A DNA stretch of 64,000 bases from an uncultured Lachnospiraceae bacterium (GTDB taxonomy: Bacteria; Bacillota; Clostridia; Oscillospirales; CAG-272), in contig CAYWVC010000001.1 in assembly GCA_964461635.1 (NCBI GenBank), positions 627 through 64,626 of the forward strand, read 5' to 3'. Position numbers and translations under genes: made by a program. Under the pieces are notes generated by a model. The model saw only the letters and a list, made by a program, of their open reading frames with translations. It had not been told where the DNA came from and searched no databases. Below are positions 26,443-36,414 of this stretch, piece after piece; within the stretch, counting starts at the first letter, position 1; each line of letters starts with the position of its first letter.

Positions 26443-27936
26443 TTAACCTCCCAACGCGGTATTGATTGCTTCAATATCTTTTTCGATTATTGCTCTGCTG
26501 CGGTTAAGGTCACCCTTCCACGTGTTATTTCCACTCAGAACGACCTCACGGAAATGGTTTGCGGTATAATAATCGCAGATTTTGAATATGCGTCCCACCT
26601 CAAACACTATGTTGCTCTTTATCATATCGAACATCTTTCCGGTGGTCGTATCGGGCGCATACTTGACCTTCATAACACGCTCGTAAAGCTGGGGAGTTAC
26701 GTTTCTGTAGGATTCCGAGGCAAGGCACTCAAGCACGGCGGCCGCATCGTTCTTGCGATCTTCCGATATGTAGCTGGGAACGCTGTACAGCGTGAAAGGA
26801 TGTCCGACGTTGGTATAATAGGGATCCTTTGAATTGAGCTTGGGATTCGGAACTACTCCGTAATCAAACTGAATGTACTTTTTTTCGGTAGCACTGTCTT
26901 TGCCGTAGATGATGAAAACTCTGTCTGTGGTGAACAAAGCGCGCTCGTCAAAGAAGATGTCGCGGATAGACGTTTTAGTGCTTGTTTGCACGTCGTCGGT
27001 TGCAAAGAACCTGATGAATGAATCGCAGAGATCGGTTATCGCAGCTCTTGAATAGCTGTCGCTGAGGCTAAGCACTCCGTTGTCGTTGTCTACGGCAAAA
27101 ATACCGGCAGAGGTCTGATATGCATCGATATTTACCGTGTAAAGAACACAACCGTAGACCTCATTACCGCCGTTTACCGCGTACTTTCCTTCGCACATCT
27201 CAAAGAATTTGTCGAAGGTCCACTTGTTATCAAGAACAAGCGCCATCGGATCCTCAAGATTGTACGCCGCTATCTGATCTTTGTTGTAGAACGTAGCCTC
27301 CATCATCCACAGCAGGTTGGTGGAGATATCTCCCGAGCAGAAGTAGATACTGTCGCCTATGGTCATCTCGCTCACGAGCGAATCCGGCCACCACGGTTTG
27401 TCGAGATTGATATTTTCGAGCGCGGAAAGGTCGGTCGTAAGACCGCGTGTCGCAAGGGTCGCGGCGGTACGGCTGTAGCTTGCTACGATATCGTATTCGC
27501 CGTCTGCTTTGTCGGTTTCGACCTTCTGAATGAACGAGGTCATATTTCCGCTATCACCGAGCTCGGGTATAAAATTGAAATCGACCCCAAGCCTGCTCTC
27601 AACGTTATAGTTGCGGGTGATAAGCGCGTCGTTGATCTCGTCCGCATTGGGAGTTTCGCTCGCGGGGAAGAACTCCATGTTCGTAGCGTCCGACCAATAC
27701 AGCATATTGATCTTTTTGTTGATCTTAAGCGTGTCGGGAAGATCGTCGAGCTCGTAACCGTTTGCGTCGACGTTTCCGTTTTGATCGGTAATGTTGCCCG
27801 AGCCGCTGTCGGCGGGATCGGTTGGGTCAGTAGTGCTTGCGGTTGTATCACCGCCGTTGCCGGTGTTCGTACAGGCAATGAGCGACGATGCCAAAAGAAT
27901 CAAGCACAAAATGGTCGCGATAATGCGAAGCTTCAT
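26443..27936 (-). CDS. Large extracellular solute-binding lipoprotein (ABC SBP family 1-like), with no adjacent permeases
   Basis: About 497 aa from MKLRII. Lipobox LIAC. The overall pattern resembles ~500-aa sugar/oligosaccharide SBPs. Its last codons GGAGGT-TAA form the SD for the GLUG gene. Confidence 0.7.
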   Translation of the reverse strand: MKLRIIATILCLILLASSLIACTNTGNGGDTTASTTDPTDPADSGSGNITDQNGNVDANGYELDDLPDTLKINKKINMLYWSDATNMEFFPASETPNADEINDALITRNYNVESRLGVDFNFIPELGDSGNMTSFIQKVETDKADGEYDIVASYSRTAATLATRGLTTDLSALENINLDKPWWPDSLVSEMTIGDSIYFCSGDISTNLLWMMEATFYNKDQIAAYNLEDPMALVLDNKWTFDKFFEMCEGKYAVNGGNEVYGCVLYTVNIDAYQTSAGIFAVDNDNGVLSLSDSYSRAAITDLCDSFIRFFATDDVQTSTKTSIRDIFFDERALFTTDRVFIIYGKDSATEKKYIQFDYGVVPNPKLNSKDPYYTNVGHPFTLYSVPSYISEDRKNDAAAVLECLASESYRNVTPQLYERVMKVKYAPDTTTGKMFDMIKSNIVFEVGRIFKICDYYTANHFREVVLSGNNTWKGDLNRSRAIIEKDIEAINTALGG

Positions 27937-28046
27937 TATTATCAACACCTCCAAATGTTATAAAGACAGTGTAACAAATAATGCAGTTTTTGTCAAGTCA
28001 AAACGAAAAATTTTGAGCAGTTTGACGAAAATTTTTGTTTGATTTT

Positions 28047-29594
28047 TCAATCGTTACGTTTAAGAATCCCGCGAAGCCAAATTCTGTCGTCTCGGCCGAT
28101 CGTTCCGGTAGCCGTTAAAAGCAGTAAATACACGGTGACCGCAGTGACAATATGAACTGTAGCCGCAAACCATCCCGGAATTGACAACGGTATGAAACGG
28201 AAGATAAGATTGGATATGCAGGCGGCACCTATCGCACAGAACAGGGGCTTGATCACCCATTGCGTTATATTGGGCTTCATACCGGATGAGCTCAGCAGTT
28301 TAACGGCACTTGCGGAAAAGTTCAGCACCTCCATAGCGAATACTATGAATATATATCCGTTTATCCCGAATCTCGGAACGAGGAGCTTAACAAGCACGAC
28401 CGACAGTGCCGCGTCGATTATGTTTACGTTCATCGAATACAACTGATGACCGAGTCCCTTTAACATCGCATCGGTCGTGCTGTCAAGGTACATAACCGGA
28501 ATCAGCGGTGCAAGGAGCTTTATGTAGGTCGCTGCCTCCGCGCTGTTATAAAGCAGCATACCGAGCTCCTCGGCAAAGCAGATGAGTATCCCCGACACCC
28601 CTATGGCAAATATCAGCGAAAATTGCCATACCCGCCCGGCAATATACCGTACCCGATTTCGGTTGCCCCGCGCCAGGCATTCGGACAGCTCCGGAATAGT
28701 CATACCGGCAAACGACGTAATGAGGGCGGCGGGGAAAAGGATGACGGGAAATGCCATACTTTGAAAGGTTCCGTACGCGGCAAGTGAGCCCTCCTTGGAG
28801 GCTCCGCTCTTTCGCAGTCCGTCGGGAATCAGGATGTGCTCGACAGTCAGAAGTCCCGACCGTACGTACGTTGAGAACGCGACGGGCAAGGCGATCCCGA
28901 GCAGGTGCCTTGTGACCTTATTTTCATTCTCGGCTCGTCCGTGGGATTTTATGAACCTTTTGCGATCGCGCACGTAAAGCACGGTCATAAGGAAAAAGGA
29001 AAATATCTCCGACACCGTGCCCCCGAGAACAAGGGCTATGCAGGCATTTTCTATTCCCTCGGGCAGGATCGCAACGAGCAGGGCAGAGGTGACGGCAATC
29101 TTTATCGCCTGTTCAATGACCTGCGATGCGGCATTCTTTGCCACACGCCTGACGGCGGTAAAATATCCGTTCAGCGCCGAGCATATCGCAATCAGCGGAA
29201 GCGAGATCGACATAAGACGCAGTGGAACGAGCGTTCTGGCATCATCCAACCAACGCGAGCTGATAACGGGAGCGAGAAAAAACAGCAACGCCGCGGATAG
29301 GGTGCCGAAAAAAACTGCGTAGCCGACGCACCTTCGCATTGAAGCAACCGCAAGGGCTTCGTCGTCGTGCCCGAGAGCCTCGGCCACCAATCGTGTCGTT
29401 GCAAGCGATATTCCGGACGTAGCCAGAGTCAATGCGGAGCCGTATACGCCGGATATAAGCGAAAAGAGTCCGAGAGCCTCGGCTCCTACCTTGTTGGATA
29501 TCCAGACGTTGAACGCCAACGCCACTCCCCGCATAAAAAGCGAGGTTAAGGTGAGCAGGACGGCGTTGTATACGTAACGTTTCAGCCTTTTCAT
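28047..29594 (-). CDS. MOP-superfamily flippase (SpoVB / polysaccharide biosynthesis protein-like)
   Basis: 515 aa, about 14 TM. N-terminus MKRLKRYVYNAVLLTLTSLFMRGVALAFNVWISNKVGAEALG is typical of SpoVB-like proteins. Confidence 0.8.
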   Translation of the reverse strand: MKRLKRYVYNAVLLTLTSLFMRGVALAFNVWISNKVGAEALGLFSLISGVYGSALTLATSGISLATTRLVAEALGHDDEALAVASMRRCVGYAVFFGTLSAALLFFLAPVISSRWLDDARTLVPLRLMSISLPLIAICSALNGYFTAVRRVAKNAASQVIEQAIKIAVTSALLVAILPEGIENACIALVLGGTVSEIFSFFLMTVLYVRDRKRFIKSHGRAENENKVTRHLLGIALPVAFSTYVRSGLLTVEHILIPDGLRKSGASKEGSLAAYGTFQSMAFPVILFPAALITSFAGMTIPELSECLARGNRNRVRYIAGRVWQFSLIFAIGVSGILICFAEELGMLLYNSAEAATYIKLLAPLIPVMYLDSTTDAMLKGLGHQLYSMNVNIIDAALSVVLVKLLVPRFGINGYIFIVFAMEVLNFSASAVKLLSSSGMKPNITQWVIKPLFCAIGAACISNLIFRFIPLSIPGWFAATVHIVTAVTVYLLLLTATGTIGRDDRIWLRGILKRND

Positions 29595-29676
29595 ACTTGC
29601 TCCTTTGATCTGCTTTTATCATTAAATCATATGAGCCGGCTTGTCGCCTTAGAATTTTTATTTTGAAATATAGTTA

Positions 29677-29705
29677 TTTACAAGGGGAGCGTAATATGTT
29701 ATAAT
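29677..29705 (+). promoter_or_regulatory. Sigma-A-type promoter
   Basis: TTTACA, 17-nt spacer, TGtTATAAT (29700-29705). Confidence 0.55.
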
Positions 29706-29726
29706 TAAGCCGAAGGAGGGATGATA

Positions 29727-30356
29727 ATGAAAAACAACGTCGTTATTACCATAGCAAGACAGTACGGAAGCGGCGGACGCGAAATAGGAAATCGCGTTGC
29801 GGAGCTGCTTGGTATCAGTCTTTATGACCGTGAGCTGATCGTAATGGCAGCTCAGAAGAGCGGTATAGCAACAGAGGCACTTGACAGCGTGGACGAAAAG
29901 GCCACCAACAGCCTGCTTTACACGCTGGCGGTGGGATCATCGTATTTTGGCGGAGCCTCCTCCGGCTTCAATCTGCCGGTCAACGACAAGCTCTTTATAG
30001 TTCAGTCGGAGATAATTCGCGGTATTGCGGATTCCGAGAGCTGCGTGATCGTCGGGCGTTGCGGGGATTACGTTTTGCGGGATCATCCCGATAAGCTCAG
30101 CGTGTTTATCTACGCCGAGCCCGAAGCGCGGATAAAACGCATAATGGAGCGTCACAGCGTAGGATATGACGAGGCAAAGAGCCTTATGAATAAGACGGAC
30201 CGCCGCAGGATCAATTATTATAACTTTTATACCGGCCGCAAATGGGGAAAACACGATCACTACGATATAATGCTGAACAGTCAGCTGCTCGGTATCGAGG
30301 GCTCGGCAAGGCTTATCGCGGATATGGCGGAGAGAATGAACAAGGATGAGAAGTAA
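29727..30356 (+). CDS. Cytidylate kinase-like family protein
   Basis: MKNNVVITIARQYGSGGREIG ... typical of the cytidylate-kinase-like (AAA_28/Cytidylate_kin2) family. SD gaaggaggg is 7 nt upstream of ATG 29727. Confidence 0.75.
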   Translation: MKNNVVITIARQYGSGGREIGNRVAELLGISLYDRELIVMAAQKSGIATEALDSVDEKATNSLLYTLAVGSSYFGGASSGFNLPVNDKLFIVQSEIIRGIADSESCVIVGRCGDYVLRDHPDKLSVFIYAEPEARIKRIMERHSVGYDEAKSLMNKTDRRRINYYNFYTGRKWGKHDHYDIMLNSQLLGIEGSARLIADMAERMNKDEK

Positions 30357-31482
30357 GGGTAAAGTAAAGGTACTGAACGGCGTCGACAGACTTTCGTCGG
30401 CATCGTCGCTTTTCCGCGGAAAACGCATCGGCTTGCTGACAAATGCCTCCGGTGTCGATCGCAACGGTGTTCCGACCGTCGATCTGATAGCCGACAAATA
30501 CGAGCTTGCCGTGTTGTTTGCCCCGGAGCACGGCATTCGCACAAATCTTCAGGACGGAATGTGGAACGGAGATGCCCGGGATCCGGAGACGGGAGCGCTC
30601 CTCGTAACTCTGAAGCACGGGAAGACCGAGGGCATTGCCGAAGCGCTTGAAAATATTGATATTTTCGTGTATGATATTCAGGACGTTGGGGCAAGATTTT
30701 ACACGTATATATATTGCCTTGCCGATATGATGCGACTTTGCGCGTCCGCCGGCAAGGACGTCGTGGTGCTGGATCGCATCAACCCTATCGGCGGAACGGG
30801 AATAGAGGGTGCGATTCTTGACGAGAAAAGGTATTCGTCTGGAATCGGGGAATTTGCCATACCTACGCGTTACGGGTTAACGGTCGGAGAATTTGCCAAG
30901 TATATCAACACCGAATACGGTATCAACTGCCGCTTAAATGTCGTGCCGTGTATGGGATGGGATCGCCGACTTTATGCCGACGATACCGATCTGCTTTGGG
31001 TAAATCCCTCGCCGAATATGCCGTCGGTCAATTGCGCGATAAACTATATCGGCACCTGCATCTTTGAGGCAACGAATATCTCGGAGGGCAGGGGAACCAC
31101 CCGCCCGTTCGATATAATAGGTGCCCCGTTCGTCGATTCGGCAAGACTTACCGAACGTATGAACGCCCTGAAGCTTGACGGCGTTATATTCCGACGCGCC
31201 TTCTTCACGCCGCAATTCGGAAAATACACGGGTGAGGTGTGTGAGGGAGTTGAGCTTCATATCAGAGACCGCGCGGCTTATTCTCCGTTTGAGACTATGC
31301 TGTATCTTTACCGCGAGCTGTCGTATTATCGCGAATTTGAGGCAAAAGAGAACAGCGTCTGCCTGCGCTTCGGCAACGATGCCCTGTGCGGTGAATATAT
31401 AGACCCCGAAGCAATAATGAAATCGGTAAATTCCTCGTTAAAGGAATACCGTAAGCGTGCCTCCGCATATCTCATATACTGA
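30346..31482 (+). CDS. namZ: DUF1343 family protein (exo-beta-N-acetylmuramidase NamZ-like)
   Basis: 378 aa. LNGVDRL...GKRIGLLTNASGVD...LFAPEHG...FVYDIQDVGARFYTYI pattern of DUF1343. Confidence 0.8.
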   Translation: MRSKGKVKVLNGVDRLSSASSLFRGKRIGLLTNASGVDRNGVPTVDLIADKYELAVLFAPEHGIRTNLQDGMWNGDARDPETGALLVTLKHGKTEGIAEALENIDIFVYDIQDVGARFYTYIYCLADMMRLCASAGKDVVVLDRINPIGGTGIEGAILDEKRYSSGIGEFAIPTRYGLTVGEFAKYINTEYGINCRLNVVPCMGWDRRLYADDTDLLWVNPSPNMPSVNCAINYIGTCIFEATNISEGRGTTRPFDIIGAPFVDSARLTERMNALKLDGVIFRRAFFTPQFGKYTGEVCEGVELHIRDRAAYSPFETMLYLYRELSYYREFEAKENSVCLRFGNDALCGEYIDPEAIMKSVNSSLKEYRKRASAYLIY

Positions 31483-31516
31483 CAGCAGAAAAACATTCGG
31501 GAATTTCAAAAAGCCC

Positions 31517-31545
31517 TTGACATATGCAGATGTATGCATTATTAT
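31517..31545 (+). promoter_or_regulatory. Sigma-A-type promoter of rubredoxin
   Basis: TTGACA, 17-nt spacer, TATTAT. Confidence 0.55.
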
Positions 31546-31580
31546 ATAGACGGTCATTTTCCCGGAAAGGAGGAACATCG

Positions 31581-31775
31581 ATGAAACTTTACGTCTGCGA
31601 GCTGTGTGGATATGAGTACAATCCGGAAAAGGGGGATCCCGATAACGGTATCGAACCCGGCACCGATTTTGAGGATCTGCCCGCCGATTTCGTGTGCCCG
31701 CTGTGCGGCGCCGGCAAGGAGGACTTCGAGATAGTCGAGGTCGAGGACAGTAATAAAACAAATGTTGAGGACTGA
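31581..31775 (+). CDS. Rubredoxin
   Basis: 64 aa from [19 protein letters not shown]...[13 protein letters not shown] (two CxxCG knuckles). SD ggaaaggagg. The track ORF starts upstream at 31524. Confidence 0.92.
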   Translation: MKLYVCELCGYEYNPEKGDPDNGIEPGTDFEDLPADFVCPLCGAGKEDFEIVEVEDSNKTNVED

Positions 31776-31803
31776 GCCGACAGGCTCTCCGTGAAAAAAG
31801 ATA

Positions 31804-31840
31804 AAGACGCTGTCTCGGGCTTTGCCCGGGACAGTGTCTT
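31804..31840. terminator. Bidirectional terminator
   Basis: aagacgctgtctcgggc / gcccgggacagtgtctt (two G-U pairs), with T-rich flanks on both strands. Confidence 0.75.
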
Positions 31841-31853
31841 TTCGTATCTTTTG

Positions 31854-32576
31854 TTATGTCAATGAGTAGAGATTTTCTCTTCCGCGCTTGCCGACATGCC
31901 TGATAATACCGAGCTTGCGGAGTATGGCAACCCCGGCGTTGGCGCGGCGATAGTTAACCTTTGCGGCGGCGGCATATTCCTTTAACGTGAATTCTGCCGA
32001 CAAACCTGACGGAACGAGTATACGGTAATCCTCCGGCGCGGAGAGCTCGATCTCGCGCTCTACGCGTAGCGGAAAGCGCTCAAGTCGGTGTGAGCCGCGT
32101 TTCCCTCCGTTTCCCCAACCGTCAAGGCTCCGATGCTCCTCCATATCAAGGAGTATTACTGTGACCGAAAAGCCCGGTGCCCCGATGAACTGTTTCAGCT
32201 TGCCGAGCTCGTAAAGTGCGTCGAAAACGCTTCCGGTTTTGGGACTTTTCCGCGGCTTGCTCATCTCTCCTGTGGAAGGATCTACCCAAGCAAGCCATTT
32301 GCGATACGGAAAGGGAAGCACCACTCTAACGTTTGACTCACCCAATAAAGCCGGGAGCTTTTTCAGAAGCTTTTCACAGCTCCGCGTCTGTATTTCGGTT
32401 ATTCCGTCGGCGTTGCGGATATCGGCGATCTTGCCGCCGACTTTAACCTCGTGATGCGAGCTGTCGGGCTCAAAATAATATTTAAGTACGGCGTGAAGCG
32501 TTTTTTCGCCGAGAGTACCTATCCCCCCGTCGCGCTCGGCGGACAGGATAGCCGCCGTCAGCCTTTCCTCATTCAT
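31854..32576 (-). CDS. Hypothetical protein; possible PD-(D/E)xK-like nuclease fold with a C-terminal winged-helix
   Basis: 240 aa. GEKTLHAVLKYY...KIADIRNADGITEIQTRS resembles CoiA-type nuclease cores. C-terminus RRANAGVAILRKLGIIRHVGKRGRENLYSL looks wHTH-like. This is inference only. Confidence 0.35.
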   Translation of the reverse strand: MNEERLTAAILSAERDGGIGTLGEKTLHAVLKYYFEPDSSHHEVKVGGKIADIRNADGITEIQTRSCEKLLKKLPALLGESNVRVVLPFPYRKWLAWVDPSTGEMSKPRKSPKTGSVFDALYELGKLKQFIGAPGFSVTVILLDMEEHRSLDGWGNGGKRGSHRLERFPLRVEREIELSAPEDYRILVPSGLSAEFTLKEYAAAAKVNYRRANAGVAILRKLGIIRHVGKRGRENLYSLT

Positions 32577-32940
32577 CCAATACCTCTATGCTTGATATGT
32601 AGTATTTTTCCTGAAAATCAACCGCCCTTCTGATCTCGGCGACCGAGCGCGGGAGCCCGTCGATCGCGGCGACAAGCTTGTCCTCACAATCGTTTTCGCG
32701 GAAAATTATTGCAATAACTCTCGCTTCGGCGCGACTTGCGGCGACCGTGCCGTCTATGATATATATGTCGAGCTCCTCGCCGTCTCCGCCTATAACGTCG
32801 GGAACGTACCCGTAATTAATGGGATAGATCAAGGTCTTCTCGCCTTTTTTGTGTACGTATCCCACCGGACGGTCTATTTCTGCCATAACCGTCTTGCCGA
32901 GAAAGGCGCGCTCAAAACTTCTCAAGCTTTCATCTGTCAT
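32569..32940 (-). CDS. Short inorganic-diphosphatase-fold protein
   Basis: About 123 aa from ATG 32940 (SD gaggaga 9 nt upstream). DRPVGY...YPINYGYVPDVIGGDGEELDIYII matches the family I PPase core. Confidence 0.6.
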   Translation of the reverse strand: MTDESLRSFERAFLGKTVMAEIDRPVGYVHKKGEKTLIYPINYGYVPDVIGGDGEELDIYIIDGTVAASRAEARVIAIIFRENDCEDKLVAAIDGLPRSVAEIRRAVDFQEKYYISSIEVLDE

Positions 32941-34591
32941 TTCGAACATTCTCCTCAATCAATCGGTTTATAGCTTCCCGTGCGTCAAGGACCGTAGAGG
33001 CGGTCCGGGCGCAGTTGTCAAATTCCACGGCGCCGTAAAAGCTCTCAAGGACGGCGACCGTTTTTTCTTTGCCTATAAAGGAGGCACACAGTCTGAATGC
33101 GGACAGATCCTGAAGTGCCTCGTGAAAGACCGCGAGCCGAAGGGACTCGTAGACCTCGCCGTTCTGCCCGGGATATACGGAAAATGCGTCACCGGAAGGC
33201 ACGAAATAGTTCGCGGTCGTATCAAGGTACGGATTTACCGCCGACAACGAATATTGTGAGTTGTAAAAATTATATCCCCATTGCAGAAAGCCCGCGATGT
33301 CGTATTTGAAGAATTGAGCGCCTATACAGCGGTTTCGGCAGGAGGGCATTGCAAAATAGCGGTTGCTGACGTTTACCGATTGACCGCAGCAGTAATATGT
33401 CCAAAGGTCCTTTATCCCCGCATCAATAAACGGTTTGATATGATTGTTCGCGGGTATGGGGGTCTTTACCGTTCCGGTATTGTAGAAATCTATGCTTGAC
33501 AGAGCATCGGCAACCGTGCAATCGTCAAGCAGATCGGCGACTACGGCTCGTGAACGCGCATATTGATCAAGGTCGTTGATGTTGGGCTCGTCGGAGATAT
33601 GAAATATACAGCGTTCAAGTCGCCCGCTTTTACGCATATATTCCTTAAGTGCCGGAATAAAGGTGCGCAGGAAATGCGAATATTCTTCTCCGTCGGCAGA
33701 CGTCTCCCATCCGAAAATGCGTTTGTACGTGCCGTTTTCGGTTGCCATTATCTTCGGAGCGTGCGCGGCACCCCACTGAGTAAACAGATGCGATATCTCA
33801 TAGTACCGTATTCCGCAACGGTCACACATCTTTAACCATTTGCCGAGCTTTGCAAAGTCAAAGGCATATTCGCCTTTGCCATCCGAACGGATATCCACAA
33901 GCTGCACGGTCATACGCTCGTGCCCGGGCGCGGTGTCGAGCGGAGGCGTGAATACGGGAGTTAAAAGCGTATTTATGCCGTTGCGAACGGCAACTCTTAC
34001 ATAATTTTCGGTGATTTTCCACCATTTGCGAGAAAATACGTCACAGCCGTGATACTGTGCCACGCAGTCGCCGTGGAACCATTGGGTCACCTTTATATCT
34101 TGCTCGGGGAGCACCGCGTCTATGATCCGCACGTCAAAGCTCTCGGCGGCATAAACGGTGTTCCCGTCGATAAGCGAAACGGTCACGGTAAAGTCCCCCG
34201 AGATCCTTCCGTCGGGCTCAAAGGTTATCCAATACGCCCTCGCTTCGTCCTTCACGAGCGGAGCTCTCTCGCCGTTCCCGAGCGGCAACAGCAGGTCGGG
34301 GTACATTCCCGGCAAGGTGCTTATGTAATTGTCATCGTATTTTCCGGGATAGCAGGGAAGAGCCGAGGGCAGACACTCCACCGTTCGTACGCTGAAATCG
34401 CAGGGTGCTCCGTCGACCTTGACGTTTACAAAGCTTCGGTGCGGAACGTCACTGCCCGTCGCCTTGGCAAGCAGTTGGACCGAAAATCGCTCGTTTTTGA
34501 GGACCGATATCCGGGAAAGCGGCGCAAATTTTTCCGGACTGTCGTTCGGAAAGCATTTTTCAAGTGAGGAAACAAGTCTTGCTTCTGTCAT
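32930..34591 (-). CDS. DUF4091 domain-containing protein (glycoside-hydrolase-like)
   Basis: About 553 aa from ATG 34591 (SD aaggag). The N-terminus ...SSLEKCFPNDSP... and overall pattern resemble DUF4091 proteins as I recall them. Confidence 0.6.
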   Translation of the reverse strand: MTEARLVSSLEKCFPNDSPEKFAPLSRISVLKNERFSVQLLAKATGSDVPHRSFVNVKVDGAPCDFSVRTVECLPSALPCYPGKYDDNYISTLPGMYPDLLLPLGNGERAPLVKDEARAYWITFEPDGRISGDFTVTVSLIDGNTVYAAESFDVRIIDAVLPEQDIKVTQWFHGDCVAQYHGCDVFSRKWWKITENYVRVAVRNGINTLLTPVFTPPLDTAPGHERMTVQLVDIRSDGKGEYAFDFAKLGKWLKMCDRCGIRYYEISHLFTQWGAAHAPKIMATENGTYKRIFGWETSADGEEYSHFLRTFIPALKEYMRKSGRLERCIFHISDEPNINDLDQYARSRAVVADLLDDCTVADALSSIDFYNTGTVKTPIPANNHIKPFIDAGIKDLWTYYCCGQSVNVSNRYFAMPSCRNRCIGAQFFKYDIAGFLQWGYNFYNSQYSLSAVNPYLDTTANYFVPSGDAFSVYPGQNGEVYESLRLAVFHEALQDLSAFRLCASFIGKEKTVAVLESFYGAVEFDNCARTASTVLDAREAINRLIEENVRNDR

Positions 34592-34705
34592 AACCAAGCT
34601 CCTTTTTATACTGAACGTAAAAATATTTTACCACAAAATCCTATTCAATTCAATGATAAATATTGAAATCCCCTCGAAAGTATGCTATAATTCAGTCATA
34701 TTATA

Positions 34706-35881
34706 ATGGATAATCGGAGTAATTGGACCGTAATGCAATTTGTAGCAACGTGTATGTTCGGCTTGGAACGGTTTCTCGGGGAGGAGATCGAGGCGCTCGG
34801 CTGTAAAAAGCTTGAAACGATCGACGGACGTGTGACCTTTGAGGGCAACGCCGAAACCGCCGCCCGAGCCAATATTTATCTGCGATGCGCCGAACGCGTC
34901 CTGCTTAAGGTCGGTTCGTTTGAGGCAAGAACCTTTACCGAGCTTTTCGATGGGACGAAGGCACTTCCGTGGGAGAATTACATAGGTAAAACGGATGCGT
35001 TTCCCGTGCGGGGACATTCGGTAAAAAGCACCCTGTTTTCGGTATCGGACTGCCAAAGCATCACAAAAAAAGCAATAGTCGACCGTTTGTCGTCGAAATA
35101 CGGGATATCCTGGTTCGAGGAAACGGGGATAACGTATCAGATCGAGTTCTTCATTCTTCGCGACCGTGTAACCGTTATGCTTGACCTTTCGGGCGTCGGA
35201 CTGCATAAGCGAGGGTATCGCCCCGCGGCAGGTGCCGCACCGTTGCGGGAAACGCTTGCCGCGGCACTTGTGCTAAATTCGCGCCCGAGAGATAACGTAC
35301 TGCTTTGGGATCCCTTTTGCGGTTCGGGCACGATACCGATCGAGGCGGCAATGATAATGACCCACCGCGCTCCGGGAATTGACAGACATTTTGCGGGCGA
35401 AGCATATAACTTTTTACCCGCAAAAATATGGGAGGAGGCTCGGTGCGAGGCACGGGATCTGATCGACGGCTCGGTAGCATTTGAGGCGTTCGGAAGCGAC
35501 GTTGACGGCGGCGTGCTTGAGTTTGCACGTGAAAACGCCAAACGCGCGGGTGTAAGCGACAGAATAAAATTTTTTGAAGCGGATGCACGTAAGATAAAAA
35601 AGCCCGCCGACCGACGCGGAACGATAGTTTGCAATCCGCCTTACGGTGAGCGGATGATGTCCTCGGCAGAGGTCGAAGCGCTTTACCGTGCGGTCGGTAA
35701 GAACTTTTTGTCTCTTGCGCCTTGGCAGGTATACGTGCTGTCGTCTTATCCTAACTTTGAGCGCTTTTACGGCGCAAAGGCGGATAAGGTAAGAAAGCTT
35801 TACAACGGTATGATACCGTGTAATTTATATCAATATTTCAAAAATCCGGCGAAGAACTCGCCGACGCAAAAAAAGAATTGA
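34706..35881 (+). CDS. THUMP-domain class I SAM-dependent RNA methyltransferase (RlmL/YpsC-like)
   Basis: 391 aa. CMFGLERFLGEEIEALG (N-terminal ferredoxin-like/THUMP), DPFCGSGTIPIEAA SAM site, NPPYGERM motif IV. The start could be ATG 34733. Confidence 0.85.
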   Translation: MDNRSNWTVMQFVATCMFGLERFLGEEIEALGCKKLETIDGRVTFEGNAETAARANIYLRCAERVLLKVGSFEARTFTELFDGTKALPWENYIGKTDAFPVRGHSVKSTLFSVSDCQSITKKAIVDRLSSKYGISWFEETGITYQIEFFILRDRVTVMLDLSGVGLHKRGYRPAAGAAPLRETLAAALVLNSRPRDNVLLWDPFCGSGTIPIEAAMIMTHRAPGIDRHFAGEAYNFLPAKIWEEARCEARDLIDGSVAFEAFGSDVDGGVLEFARENAKRAGVSDRIKFFEADARKIKKPADRRGTIVCNPPYGERMMSSAEVEALYRAVGKNFLSLAPWQVYVLSSYPNFERFYGAKADKVRKLYNGMIPCNLYQYFKNPAKNSPTQKKN

Positions 35882-35897
35882 CAGGAGGAAAATTTCT

Positions 35898-36392
35898 ATG
35901 GTATGTAAATTTTGCGGCAAAGAGATCGAGGACGGCTCAAAATTCTGTCCCGATTGCGGTAAGCCGTTGATCGAGGAGGAGATCACACCTCCCGAGCCGG
36001 CAACCGATTCAAAGCAATCCGATGCCCCGGCAGAAAAGAAAAAGGAAGGCGAATGGAACGTATTGTCTATCGTTGCATTCTGCATCACGATGGGCGCTGT
36101 GCTTCAGATACTCTCGTTCGGCGGCTTGACCTACATAGCAACGCTCGTGCTCGGCATAATTGCGCTCAATCAGATCAAGAAGGATCCGTCACAGCAGGGC
36201 AAGGGCTTTGCCGTTGCAACCGTTATAATTTCTGCCGTTTCTCTCGGCATTGCATTGATCGGCGGAATCGTTGTCGCTGTCCTGAGTATTTTGGGAATGG
36301 CTATACCTGCGTTTTTCGAATTGCTTTTCGGCGGACTTTTCAATGCCTTCTTTGACGAGCTTATTGGTGAAATAATGATGTTCATCATCTGA
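35898..36392 (+). CDS. Zinc-ribbon plus DUF4190-like membrane protein
   Basis: 164 aa. CKFCGKEIEDGSKFCPDCG zinc ribbon, Pro/Glu linker, two or three TM helices. Confidence 0.75.
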   Translation: MVCKFCGKEIEDGSKFCPDCGKPLIEEEITPPEPATDSKQSDAPAEKKKEGEWNVLSIVAFCITMGAVLQILSFGGLTYIATLVLGIIALNQIKKDPSQQGKGFAVATVIISAVSLGIALIGGIVVAVLSILGMAIPAFFELLFGGLFNAFFDELIGEIMMFII

Positions 36393-36414
36393 GCCGGAGA
36401 GGGGTAAGATAACA

